64,000 bases of DNA from NCBI GenBank assembly GCA_022822375.1, contig JAJEBU010000126.1:68659-132658 (forward strand), written 5' to 3'. The notes under the pieces were generated by a model, which saw nothing but the letters and a program-made list of their open reading frames with translations, was not told the DNA's origin and ran no database searches. The stretch is from Dehalococcoidia bacterium. Its GTDB lineage: Bacteria; Chloroflexota; Dehalococcoidia; Bin125. The translations under genes were made by a program, and so were the position numbers. Position 1 is the stretch's first letter; every line of letters starts with the position of its first letter. This document shows, piece after piece, positions 10,172 through 19,692 of the stretch.

Positions 10172-12043
10172 ATGAACGCCACCGTCGCCTTCGACCCTGA
10201 ACGCATCCGCAACTTTTGCATCGTCGCGCATATCGACCACGGCAAGTCGACCCTGTCCGATCGCCTGATGGAGGCGACGGCGACCGTTGACCGGCGCGAT
10301 ATGTCCGACCAGTTGCTTGACTCGATGGATCTCGAGCGGGAAAAGGGCATCACGATCAAGGCGCGCGCCGTGCGCATGGATTACCACAGTCGCGACGAGG
10401 ACTATCGCCTGCATCTGATCGACACTCCGGGCCACGTGGACTTCTCATATGAAGTCTCGCGCAGCCTGGCAGCCGCAGAGGGAGCTCTGCTCGTCGTCGA
10501 CGCCGTGGAGGGCATTCAGGCACAAACGCTGGCCAACGTATACCTCGCGATGGAACAAGACCTCGCGCTGATTCCCGTCATCAACAAGATCGACCTCGAT
10601 GTCGCGCGCCCAGAGGCCATCGCGGCCGAACTGGTCGACGTGATCGGCTTCTCGGAGGACGAAATCCTCTACGTCTCGGCCAAGACCGGGCAAGGCATCG
10701 ATCAGCTGCTCGACGCCATTGTCGAGCGCATTCCGCCGCCCGAGGGAGAGCCGGACCATCCGCTGCGCGCGCTGATCTTCGACTCCGAGTACGACTCGTA
10801 CAAGGGTGTGATCGCCCACGTGCGCGTCGTCGACGGCGAAGCGAAGGGGCAGGCGCCATTGCGGCTCTGCGCGACGAACCGACGCTTCGAGGCGATGGAA
10901 GTGGGCAGCTTCTCGCCCGATCTGCTTCGCCAGGCGTCGCTCGCCGTGGGAGATGTGGGCTACGTCGCCACCGGCTTGAAGGATGTCGCCGATGTCCGCG
11001 TGGGCGACACGATGACCATTGGCGGACGCCATCAGCCCGAGCCGCTGCCGGGCTATCGCGAGCCCAAAGCCATGGTCTTTGCCGGCTTGTATCCCGCCAA
11101 CTCCGCCGATTACCAGGAGCTCTCCGACGCGCTCGACAAGCTGCGCCTCTCGGACAGCGCCATCCAGTATCAACCCGAGTCGTCGGCGGCGCTCGGCTTC
11201 GGATATCGGATGGGATTCCTCGGTCTGCTGCACATGGAGATCGTCCAGGAGCGGTTGGAGCGCGAGTACGGCCTCGAGCTGGTCTTCACCGCGCCGTCCG
11301 TCGAGTACGAGGTCGAGGGCGTTGACGGTCAGGTGCGGCTGATCGAGAACCCATCTGACCTGCCCGCGCCGAATCACGTTGCCGAGATCCGCGAGCCGTG
11401 GGTGCGTATCTCCGTGATCGCGCCGCACGACCACGTCGGCGCGGTGATGGAGACAGTCACCGGCCGACGCGGCGTCTACGACCGCATGGAGTACCTGCAG
11501 CGTTCCGGCTCGGCGGCCGGCGCCAACGGCAACGGCGCGACGCCGACGACCAACGACATTCGCGTGCTGCTGGAGTACGAACTGCCGCTCTCCGAAATCC
11601 TGACGGATTTCTACGACGAATTGAAGTCGCGCACACGCGGCTATGCGAGCCTTGATTACTCGCTGATCGGCTATCGAGCGGCCAAGTTGGTCAAGCTGGA
11701 CTTGCTGATCAACGGCGAGCCGGTCGACGCGCTGTCGGCGATCGTCCACTCCGACGCGGCCGCCACGCAAGGCCGCGAACTGGCCGATCGGCTGCGCAAG
11801 CTGATTCCGCGCCAACTGTTCGACGTGCCGATCCAGGCGGCGGTCGGCGGTCGGATCGTCGCCCGCGAAACCGTCCGCGCGGTCCGCAAGAACGTCACGG
11901 CCAAGTGTTACGGCGGGGACATCACGCGTAAGCGCAAGCTGCTCGCGCGTCAAGCCGAAGGCAAGAAGCGTCTCAAGCGCGTCGGCAACGTCGAAATCCC
12001 GCAGGAGGCCTTCCTGGCCGTCCTGCAGCTCGGCAAGAGCTGA
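10172..12043 (+). CDS. lepA: Elongation factor 4 (LepA)
   Basis: [21 protein letters not shown]... DTPGHVDF ... GTPase domain plus the LepA-specific C-terminal domain (ends ...[11 protein letters not shown]). 623 aa. Confidence 0.93.
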   Translation: MNATVAFDPERIRNFCIVAHIDHGKSTLSDRLMEATATVDRRDMSDQLLDSMDLEREKGITIKARAVRMDYHSRDEDYRLHLIDTPGHVDFSYEVSRSLAAAEGALLVVDAVEGIQAQTLANVYLAMEQDLALIPVINKIDLDVARPEAIAAELVDVIGFSEDEILYVSAKTGQGIDQLLDAIVERIPPPEGEPDHPLRALIFDSEYDSYKGVIAHVRVVDGEAKGQAPLRLCATNRRFEAMEVGSFSPDLLRQASLAVGDVGYVATGLKDVADVRVGDTMTIGGRHQPEPLPGYREPKAMVFAGLYPANSADYQELSDALDKLRLSDSAIQYQPESSAALGFGYRMGFLGLLHMEIVQERLEREYGLELVFTAPSVEYEVEGVDGQVRLIENPSDLPAPNHVAEIREPWVRISVIAPHDHVGAVMETVTGRRGVYDRMEYLQRSGSAAGANGNGATPTTNDIRVLLEYELPLSEILTDFYDELKSRTRGYASLDYSLIGYRAAKLVKLDLLINGEPVDALSAIVHSDAAATQGRELADRLRKLIPRQLFDVPIQAAVGGRIVARETVRAVRKNVTAKCYGGDITRKRKLLARQAEGKKRLKRVGNVEIPQEAFLAVLQLGKS

Positions 12044-12044
12044 A

Positions 12045-13433
12045 TCAATCGGCCGACGTGGGCACGACCTCGGTGTCGTCGGCCCGCTCGAGTTCCTGGT
12101 CCGCCTCGTCTGCCTCTTCTGCCTCGTCCTCTTGCGACACCTCGAGCACGCCGGCAGTGTCCGCGATGGACTGCCGAATGTCGTTCAGCGCCTCCGGATC
12201 GTCCGACGCCTCGACGGCGAAGCACACGAGTTCGTACAGCGCCTCTGCCGGGATCAGCGCATAACCGAAGGTCTCGCAGGCGTTGATCAGCGTCCGTGGG
12301 AACGGTTCGCGGCGGATGCGCGGGTCGGTCTCGCGGAATCCATTGGCCACGATGATGCCCTGCGGGCGAGCGTTGCGGCGCAGGAACTGCTCCTCGATCC
12401 GCTGCTGCAACGTCAGGTAGAGGCGATCCGTCACCGCTCCCGTCGCCGACGCCAGTTCCACCAGCGCGGTGTCCGATCCGTTGCGCAGCTCCAGCCCGCT
12501 CTCCGTGCGGTTGATGCCGTAGCCCAGCACGCGGAAGGCGTCCTCGACGACATCGCGGAAGGCGGCGTTCTGGCTCTGCCAGAGCATCCGCTGGAAGCGG
12601 GTCGTGTCGAGCAGCATCGACTCCGCCTCAGCCACTCGCCGTTGCGCGTTCTTCAGCGCTTGCTCCGCCTCCGTCAGGTCGTCGCGCGCCGCGGCGCCGT
12701 CGACCGTGTCATAACGCCGCACCCAGACAGGCGCCGACGCCGCGTCAGGGTCTTCGAGCAGCCGCTCAATCATCTCCAACAGCGACGCCGAGAAGTGCTT
12801 GCGCTGGGTCGCGGCCAGCTGATCCGGTGGCGGCAGCGCGATCACGCGTCCCGCGCCGACGCGGAACTCCGCCGCGACCGCCGCCCCGCCGATCGAGCGG
12901 CCGATCACCGCTCCATCGCTCTCCGACGGCAAGTCCAGGATTGCGCGGTAGCGGATGCGTCCCGCGAGATCGTCCAGCAAGCCGCTCGCTGGGTGGTGCG
13001 GATCGGTCGGCCGCGCATCTTTGCCGTCGGCCGGTCGCAGCGTCGGCCAGCGGAATGGGTCGCCTGGCGGAGCAGGGATGATCGAGTACCGATCGAGGCC
13101 GGCAAAGGCGGCGACGCCGGAGTGGCGTACGTTCGGATAGAGAAACAGCACGAGCAGGCCGCCGCGCTCCATCAGCCGCGTCAGCTCCCATTGACGCTGC
13201 AGCAGCAACTCGCCGAGTCCGAAGTGGAACGCTCCTGATTCGCCCGCGCCGACAGGGCGTCCGTCTGTCGATTTGGCAGCGAGTGTGCTCGCCGCGATAC
13301 CCTCGATCTGCTCGGAAACTGCCTGTGGATCGATGATGCACGCGTCGTAATCGAAGATGGACGGCGCGTTGGCGATCGAGTGGTTATCGACGCTCGGACT
13401 GGGGACCGGGCATCCGATGGAGATGATGCGCAC
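12045..13433 (-). CDS. hypothetical protein, 462 aa, with central coiled-coil, nuclease-like C-terminal region and highly acidic tail
   Basis: Balanced composition, unlike the Arg-rich antisense ORF on +. No motif I can assign confidently. C-terminal block ...GIIVANGFRETDPRIRREPFPRTLINACETFGYALIPAEALYELVCFAVE followed by an EDEAEEADEADQELERADD tail. Ends 1 nt after the lepA stop. Confidence 0.6.
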   Translation of the reverse strand: MRIISIGCPVPSPSVDNHSIANAPSIFDYDACIIDPQAVSEQIEGIAASTLAAKSTDGRPVGAGESGAFHFGLGELLLQRQWELTRLMERGGLLVLFLYPNVRHSGVAAFAGLDRYSIIPAPPGDPFRWPTLRPADGKDARPTDPHHPASGLLDDLAGRIRYRAILDLPSESDGAVIGRSIGGAAVAAEFRVGAGRVIALPPPDQLAATQRKHFSASLLEMIERLLEDPDAASAPVWVRRYDTVDGAAARDDLTEAEQALKNAQRRVAEAESMLLDTTRFQRMLWQSQNAAFRDVVEDAFRVLGYGINRTESGLELRNGSDTALVELASATGAVTDRLYLTLQQRIEEQFLRRNARPQGIIVANGFRETDPRIRREPFPRTLINACETFGYALIPAEALYELVCFAVEASDDPEALNDIRQSIADTAGVLEVSQEDEAEEADEADQELERADDTEVVPTSAD

Positions 13434-13659
13434 TGGCCGCTCCTTCTTCGTCCGCGTTCATCGACCCTGCGGACACGGTATCGGCTGAGTGTACCTGTCG
13501 CGCGGCTGCGCTATGTCAGCCCTCTGCTCGCCGCTGCCGGTGATAGCATGGGATCGGTCGTGCTAGATGGGGAGCTAGCGGTGCCCTGTACCCGCAATCC
13601 GCTCTAGCGGGGTTGAATTCCTGGGTTGAGGGCGGTGACATGAGAACTACCGACGCCAA

Positions 13660-13800
13660 GTAGTGTTGAAATCTGGGTCCCGCGCGGCGGCCCGCCGTGA
13701 ACCCCGTCAGGTCCGAGAGGAAGCAGCGGTAAGCGGTTGTCAGGTCGGGTGACGCGGGAGTGCCTGGGTGGAGCCGGCTAGCGAAGGCAAGCTCATGCAA
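13660..13800 (+). ncRNA. ffs: Signal recognition particle RNA (4.5S/ffs-type; boundaries approximate)
   Basis: Contains the universally conserved SRP RNA domain IV sequence GUCAGGUCCGAGAGGAAGCAGC (GNRA tetraloop GAGA) at ~13705-13727. The following ...GGUGACGCGGGAGUGCCUGGGUG is colinear with E. coli 4.5S ...GAUGACGCGUGUGCCGGGAUG, and GUGAAC precedes the motif. It lies in a 424-bp gap with only short spurious ORFs. Confidence 0.65.
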
Positions 13801-13856
13801 CCGTTCGATCCTGGGTGCACGGCCGATACCGCGCCACAACGTCACGGACATTCCCG

Positions 13857-14693
13857 ATGAGCGGCCGACGTCGGCGGGCTCGGCTCGGCCAGCACTTCCT
13901 GCGCGACGAGCGGGTGACCAACGCGATCATCGAGCTTGTGCCCGATCATCCGGCGCCGATCCTGGAGATCGGCGCCGGCAACGGCGTCCTGACTGAGCCG
14001 TTGGCCGAGCTGGGACGACCGCTCGTCTCGGTCGAGCTTGACGAGGGCATGGCGTTCCGCACGCGGCGGCGACTGCTGGATCACGGATTCGACCACCCAG
14101 TAGTGATCGAGCACGACGTGCTGGACATCGATCCGGTCGAGGCGTTGGCGACGGTCGCGTCGAGTCCGCCCTACGGCATCGTCGGCAACTTGCCCTACGC
14201 GATCACAGCGCCCATCTTCCGAAAGTTCCTCGAAACGGAGGCCGCGCGCCCCGATTGGATGCTGGTGATGGTCCAGCACGAAGTCGCGCAGCGCGTGACG
14301 GCGCAGCCTGGCAAGCTATCCCTGCTCGGCGTCTCGGTGCAGTTCTTCGCCGATGCAGAGCTGTGCTTCAGCGTCGAACGCGAGTCGTTCGATCCGCCGC
14401 CGCAGGTGCGATCGGCGGTCGTCATGCTCAACCTGCGCGATGATCCAGCCGTTGACGTGCCCAGCGCCGAGCGATTCTTCGAAGTCGTGCGCGGCGGCTT
14501 TCGCAATCCGCGCAAACAGCTGCGCAACGCCCTCGCGCAGGGAGTCTGGCTGCCTCCCGGCGGCGCATCCGAGTGGCTCGACGCTTGCGGCATCGATCCC
14601 ACCCGCCGTCCAGGCACACTGACGCTGGACGAGTGGGCAGCACTCACCAGGTGGAGAGAACGTCAGCTGACGGCGAAGGACGCCCGGTCATGA
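13857..14693 (+). CDS. rsmA: 16S rRNA (adenine1518-N6/adenine1519-N6)-dimethyltransferase
   Basis: MSGRRRRARLGQHFLRDERVTNAIIELV... is the KsgA N-terminus, with SAM-binding motif ILEIGAGNGVLT. Stop overlaps the ispE start (ATGA). Confidence 0.9.
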   Translation: MSGRRRRARLGQHFLRDERVTNAIIELVPDHPAPILEIGAGNGVLTEPLAELGRPLVSVELDEGMAFRTRRRLLDHGFDHPVVIEHDVLDIDPVEALATVASSPPYGIVGNLPYAITAPIFRKFLETEAARPDWMLVMVQHEVAQRVTAQPGKLSLLGVSVQFFADAELCFSVERESFDPPPQVRSAVVMLNLRDDPAVDVPSAERFFEVVRGGFRNPRKQLRNALAQGVWLPPGGASEWLDACGIDPTRRPGTLTLDEWAALTRWRERQLTAKDARS

Positions 14694-15652
14694 GCAACGT
14701 CCACAGTGGCAAGATCTGGGTCACGAACGCGGCGGCCAAGCTCAATCTGACGCTGGAAGTGCTCGGCAAACGCACCGACGGATACCACGATCTGGCCTCG
14801 GTGGCGGTGTCGCTCGATCTGGCCGACGAGCTACGCCTGACCCGGCAGACCGACGGCCGCGCCGTCTCGTATCGGGACACCGCGGGACGTCGCGTCTCGA
14901 TCGAGACCGACGACGACATCATCCAACGGGCATGGTCGGTGCTCGACGCTCGGATCCCGCTGCCTGGCGGCGCGACGATTGAGGTGACGAAGCGCATCCC
15001 CATCGCCAGCGGACTCGGAGGCGGTTCGACCGATGCAGCTGCGTTTCTACGGCTCGCGCGGAACGCGTGGGACCTGCCGTTATCGGACGCAGATCTGATC
15101 GTGCTCGGCGCGGATGTGGGCTCTGATGTGCCCTTCTGTCTGCTCGGTGGTCCAGCCCGCATGAGCGGACGCGGCGAGCTGGTCGAGCCGCTCCAGGCCC
15201 CGCCGACGTGGTCGGACGATTGGGCGGTGCTGCTCCACCGGCCGGAGCTGCCCGTGCCGTCGGAGAAGACCGCGTCGATGTATCGCTCGCTGCGTGCCTC
15301 GGACTTTCGTGACGGTGCGGCGACCGATGCCATGACTGATTTGCTGTCCTGCGGGGGAACCGTCGCCCAGCAGCACTGTGTGAACTCCTTCGACGCCCCC
15401 GCCCGTGAGGTGATGCAAGGTCTCGTTCCCGCTTGGCGACGGATGGGACTGGCCATCGCCCGCGCGGCTCAGGCGAACGGCGCTGACGCCGTGACGCCGA
15501 TGCTCGCCGGCGCGGGACCCACGCTCTTTGCGGTCCTCCCGACCATCATCGCCCGGTCTGCGTGCGAAGCGCTGCTCGAACAGCGCGGCGGTTTCACGGC
15601 GGTCACCCGCCCGATCAGCCGCGCTGACGCCACGGCCGTCCAGTCACGCTGA
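14690..15652 (+). CDS. ispE: 4-diphosphocytidyl-2-C-methyl-D-erythritol kinase
   Basis: AAAKLNLTLEVLGKRTDGYHDL... and the GHMP kinase motif PIASGLGGGSTDAAA. Conserved rsmA-ispE adjacency. Confidence 0.9.
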   Translation: MSNVHSGKIWVTNAAAKLNLTLEVLGKRTDGYHDLASVAVSLDLADELRLTRQTDGRAVSYRDTAGRRVSIETDDDIIQRAWSVLDARIPLPGGATIEVTKRIPIASGLGGGSTDAAAFLRLARNAWDLPLSDADLIVLGADVGSDVPFCLLGGPARMSGRGELVEPLQAPPTWSDDWAVLLHRPELPVPSEKTASMYRSLRASDFRDGAATDAMTDLLSCGGTVAQQHCVNSFDAPAREVMQGLVPAWRRMGLAIARAAQANGADAVTPMLAGAGPTLFAVLPTIIARSACEALLEQRGGFTAVTRPISRADATAVQSR

Positions 15653-15654
15653 TC

Positions 15655-16071
15655 ATGGACACGCTCGCCGCGCTGCTCTCCGGATTCGTCGCCGGCGCCG
15701 CCGTCGGCGTGCTGGGACTCGGCATCTTCGGCAGCTTGCTGGTGACCGTGCCCACGACCAACTGGTTGCGCCGGCAGTTCCCCGACCCGTCGAACTGGGT
15801 CATGGTGAGCCTCGCCGCGGCGTTCGCCGCTCAGGCGGGCAGCGCGCTGCTGGGCTTGCTGATGGGCGTGGCGCTCCTGTCTCTGGAGGGCGACTCGTTC
15901 GGACTCGGCAGCCCGTCCTGGCGCTTTACGACTGGGATCGTGATCGGCGTGGCGCTGCTCTGTGTCGGCGGGATCTTCTGGCAACCATCGATCTGGCGGC
16001 GCTTCATCCTGATCGGCGTGCTGGCCGCGGGCAGCTTCGGTTGGATGCTGCCGCACATGGCTCTGGGCTAA
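15655..16071 (+). CDS. small integral membrane protein (4 predicted TM helices), hypothetical
   Basis: Hydrophobic Gly/Ala/Leu-rich 138-aa ORF beginning 3 nt after the ispE stop. Confidence 0.55.
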   Translation: MDTLAALLSGFVAGAAVGVLGLGIFGSLLVTVPTTNWLRRQFPDPSNWVMVSLAAAFAAQAGSALLGLLMGVALLSLEGDSFGLGSPSWRFTTGIVIGVALLCVGGIFWQPSIWRRFILIGVLAAGSFGWMLPHMALG

Positions 16072-16189
16072 TCGCGCGGACGCTGCGCCGCTGGTGCGTA
16101 TACTCAACGGTGATAATCCCAACACAGCTAGAGCTGGAGGCCCCGTGGACCCTCAATCTGTGCCGCCTGAGTCGCTACCGGGCACGATT

Positions 16190-16891
16190 ATGGATGGTCA
16201 CATTCACACCGTCCGCGGCGCTGCTGACTCCCAACTGCAGCCCGGCGAGTTGTTCGAGGAGGCCAGGCGCATCGGCTTGACCGGTGTCAACCTGTCCGAG
16301 CATGACCGAGTCTGGGAGCGCTACGACTGGAACAACTACAACGAGGAGATGCGCGAGGCCGGCATCTATCTGCAGCGCGGCATGGAGGTCTCGACCGACC
16401 TTGGGCACATCGTCGTGTTCGGCATCGACCAGTACTACCAGGGCATCCGCAGCGCGAAGCAGCTGCGCAAGATCTGCGACGAGATCGGCGCCTTCATGTC
16501 GGTCGCGCACCCGTTCCGCCACTTCTTCGACCCCGTCACGTTCCGTCGGCGGGGCGAGGAGCCGTTCTCGATGACGCCCGACGAAGCAGCTCACAAGATG
16601 GAAGTCTTCTCGCTGGTGCACGGCATCGAGGTCGGTAACGGCGGCAACACCCGCCGCGAGAACCTCTTCGCCCTCGAAGTGGCGCGCATCCTCGACAAGC
16701 CCATGACCGGCGGCTCGGACGCGCACTCGACCTCGGGCATTGGCAGCTACGCGACGGTCTTTCCCGAGCCGCTGACCTGCAGCGAGCAGACCATCCAGCT
16801 GCTGCACGACGGCGCGACAGTCTGCTACGACGGCCTGAACCGCGGCGAGTTCGGCCCCTTCGGCCCGTGCGCGGACGACGACGCGCTCTGA
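16190..16891 (+). CDS. PHP-domain (polymerase/histidinol-phosphatase family) metal-dependent phosphoesterase
   Basis: MDGHIHTVRG...NLSEHD...GMEVSTDLGHIVVFG...GGSDAHS are the PHP His/Asp metal-ligand motifs. ATG at 16190. A paralog lies at 61286..61879. Confidence 0.8.
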   Translation: MDGHIHTVRGAADSQLQPGELFEEARRIGLTGVNLSEHDRVWERYDWNNYNEEMREAGIYLQRGMEVSTDLGHIVVFGIDQYYQGIRSAKQLRKICDEIGAFMSVAHPFRHFFDPVTFRRRGEEPFSMTPDEAAHKMEVFSLVHGIEVGNGGNTRRENLFALEVARILDKPMTGGSDAHSTSGIGSYATVFPEPLTCSEQTIQLLHDGATVCYDGLNRGEFGPFGPCADDDAL

Positions 16892-16920
16892 GCCGGCGCC
16901 CGCCGAGATAGGCCGCGGCC

Positions 16921-19692
16921 GTGCCAGACCAGATCTATGCCGCAATCGACCTGGAAACGACCGGGCTCAAAGCCGGCCGCGATGAGATCATCGAGGTCGG
17001 CATCGTCCGCTGCACGCCCGACGAGGTGCTGGACACGTTTACGAGCCTCGTCCGTCCGTTGGAAATGCCTGGACTCCGCGTCCAGCGATTGACCGGGATC
17101 GATCTCGACGAGTTAGCCGCCGCTCCGCAGTGGCACGAAGTGGAAGAGCAGGTCAAAGAGCTGCTCGACGGCGCGACGCTGATCGGCCACAACATCGACT
17201 TCGATCTGAACTTCCTACGCGAAGCAGGCATCAGTCTGTCCACGCCAGCAGTCGACACGCTGGAGCTGGCGCGAATCGTCGATCCGTTGGCGCCAAGGCA
17301 TCGCCTCAGCGACCTCTGCGAGCGCTACGGGATCACTGGTGGCGAGGCGCACCGCGCCCTGTCAGATGCCGAAGCAGCGCGGCAAGTGTTCCTGGAGCTG
17401 CGCGAGCGCTTCGACGATCTGCCACACCCGGCCCGAACCGATCTCGCACAGATCGTCGCGGGCAGCGACTTCTTCTGGTCGGTCGGTCGAGTCCTGCGCG
17501 AGTGGGAGCAGTCGTCACCCCGTTCAGCTCAGGCCAATGTGTTGATGCGCCAGATTGTCGGACCTGGTGGCGAGCCCACCCGCGCCGGTCTGCCTGACGG
17601 GTCACTAGTGCAACTGACAGAACGTGCGTTTGCCTTGATCGAAGAAGACGGATTCGAGCGACGCGAGGAACAGCTTGCGATGGCGCGAGATGTGGCCAAC
17701 TCGCTGCAGCACGGGGGAACGCTGCTCATAGAGGCAGGCACGGGAACAGGCAAATCACTCGCGTATCTGGTGCCCGCTGCGCTTTGGGCGCTCAAGGTCG
17801 GGCGCACTGTGCTGATCAGCACAAACACGATCAACCTGCAACAACAGCTCGCTGGCAACGACGTTGAACTCACGCGGCGGCTGATTGCAGGAGTCGCGCC
17901 AGAGGCGGCGACCGCACTCAGCGCAACCGTCGTCAAGGGCCGCGGCAACTACCTCTGTCAGGATTGCCTCGATGGGGAAGTTGAAGCAGCCGGGAATCGG
18001 GGGGATCCATCCCTGCTGGCGCGCGTCGCAATTTGGCGGCATCTCAGCCCCGCCGGTGATCGCGCAGAGCTTCGATTGCCGCCTGACCAGGCGAAGCTCT
18101 GGTCCAGCTTCTCAGCCGACGGCAAACTTTGCTTCTCAGACGAGAGCTGCACTTACACCAACGGCACACGAGCAGGCGAGTGCTTCCTCCAGCAGGTGGA
18201 GCGTCAGGCGAAGCGTTCGCACATCGTGATCACCAACCACGCTCTGCTCGTGACTTCGATCATCCGCTCCTCGATGCTCATCCCCGACGCGCCGGTGGTG
18301 ATCATCGACGAAGCGCACACACTGGAGAAAGTCGCTACAGACCAGCTCTCGTTGGAGATGAACGAAGCGTGGCTGATGGAAGCGGTCACTGCGGTGTCTA
18401 AGGAGTTTGACCGCCTCGCCGAACGGAGCAGTTCGCAAGACTTACAGAAGCTCTCACTGGAGCTTCAGGCCGCCGCCGATCGCCTCGAGCTGAGTCTTGC
18501 GGATATCTTCGATCGCGTTTCGGAGTTTGTGGCCCGCTACCGCGTGGAGAGAGGAACCAGAGAGGACCGAGTCACTCTCACCGCAGGTGTGCGCAACTCA
18601 GAGGAATGGGCGGCGCTCGAGGAACTGTGGGAGCGATCGATCAGCGAGCTGTCGCAGTTGACAACGATGACATTGGATACCCTGGAGGAGGAATCGTCGT
18701 CAGCAGATTCAGAAGAGCCGTCGCCAGCGCGTGCGCTCGATACAGGAAAGCTCTGGCTGACTATTCTGCGTGACCGGATGACACAAATGAATGACGTCAT
18801 CTCCACGCATTCCGACGCCACGGTGGCCTGGGTCGAGCGGGAGAATCGCCGGTTGGAGTTGACCGGGCTGCACAGCTCACCGCTCAACGTTGCTGAAGCG
18901 TTGGGGCCACTCTGGGAGCGAAAACATGCGACCATCTTGACGGGCGCGACCCTGGCGACTAGCGACGAGCCTGGCAGAGAGTTTTCATACCTGCGCGATA
19001 GACTTGGCATCGAAGATCAGGATGAGGCCCTGTACGATTCCCCGTTCGACTACGAACATCACGCGAAGGTCTTCTTACCGCTTGAGGCCCCGGACGGCAA
19101 CGATTCCAACCACAACGACTTCGTCGCCGACGCGGTCAAGCAGCTGGCGATTGCCGCCAACGGGCGGACAATGGTGCTCTTTCGCTCGTACGACGCGATG
19201 GGGTACGTGGTCAAGCAGATTGAAGACAGCCTCGAGGCTCATGGGCTCCAGGTACTGCGGCAAGGACGCGAGTCACCCACGCGAATTGTGGAGGCGCTGC
19301 TGGCAGACCACCGGTCCGTTGCCTTCGGTGTTGCGGCGCTCTGGACGGGTGTGGATGTACCGGGAGAAGCACTGTCGCAGCTGATCGTGACCAAGCTGCC
19401 CTTCGATCCGCCCAACGATCCGGTGCTGAAGGCACGCTCGGAGCAGTACCCGAACTCGTTCAGAGATTTCGCCTTGCCGAACGCGGTGATTCAATACCGT
19501 CAGGGTGTTGGTCGCCTGATCCGCTCCAGCACGGACAAGGGCGTGATCGTCGTCCTCGACGGCCGCGTCTTGCGGCGAGACTATGGCGTGGTGTTTCGCC
19601 GTGCCTTGCCACGTGAGCCTCAATATCTGCCGTTGATGCAGGTCGTCGCCGAGGTGAAGCGATTTCTGCCGCCTCCTGAGCGTGCTCCGTGA
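16921..19692 (+). CDS. dinG: Bifunctional DnaQ-like 3'-5' exonuclease / DinG-family ATP-dependent DNA helicase
   Basis: N-terminal DEDDh exonuclease (AIDLETTGL...HNIDFDLNFL...HRALSDAEA) fused to a DEAD_2/Rad3-type helicase (LIEAGTGTGKSLAYLVPA, VIIDEAHTLE). 923 aa, GTG start. Confidence 0.9.
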   Translation: MPDQIYAAIDLETTGLKAGRDEIIEVGIVRCTPDEVLDTFTSLVRPLEMPGLRVQRLTGIDLDELAAAPQWHEVEEQVKELLDGATLIGHNIDFDLNFLREAGISLSTPAVDTLELARIVDPLAPRHRLSDLCERYGITGGEAHRALSDAEAARQVFLELRERFDDLPHPARTDLAQIVAGSDFFWSVGRVLREWEQSSPRSAQANVLMRQIVGPGGEPTRAGLPDGSLVQLTERAFALIEEDGFERREEQLAMARDVANSLQHGGTLLIEAGTGTGKSLAYLVPAALWALKVGRTVLISTNTINLQQQLAGNDVELTRRLIAGVAPEAATALSATVVKGRGNYLCQDCLDGEVEAAGNRGDPSLLARVAIWRHLSPAGDRAELRLPPDQAKLWSSFSADGKLCFSDESCTYTNGTRAGECFLQQVERQAKRSHIVITNHALLVTSIIRSSMLIPDAPVVIIDEAHTLEKVATDQLSLEMNEAWLMEAVTAVSKEFDRLAERSSSQDLQKLSLELQAAADRLELSLADIFDRVSEFVARYRVERGTREDRVTLTAGVRNSEEWAALEELWERSISELSQLTTMTLDTLEEESSSADSEEPSPARALDTGKLWLTILRDRMTQMNDVISTHSDATVAWVERENRRLELTGLHSSPLNVAEALGPLWERKHATILTGATLATSDEPGREFSYLRDRLGIEDQDEALYDSPFDYEHHAKVFLPLEAPDGNDSNHNDFVADAVKQLAIAANGRTMVLFRSYDAMGYVVKQIEDSLEAHGLQVLRQGRESPTRIVEALLADHRSVAFGVAALWTGVDVPGEALSQLIVTKLPFDPPNDPVLKARSEQYPNSFRDFALPNAVIQYRQGVGRLIRSSTDKGVIVVLDGRVLRRDYGVVFRRALPREPQYLPLMQVVAEVKRFLPPPERAP

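Noticed and set aside
10445-11953. 502-aa minus-strand ORF
   Set aside because: Antisense to lepA (EF4), which has all GTPase motifs. The shadow ORF is Arg/Gly/Asp-rich.
12132-13238. 368-aa + strand ORF opposite the 462-aa hypothetical
   Set aside because: The Arg content is extreme (RRRRQFHQRGVRS...). The minus-strand partner has balanced, protein-like composition and a sensible start/stop context, so the minus strand was chosen.
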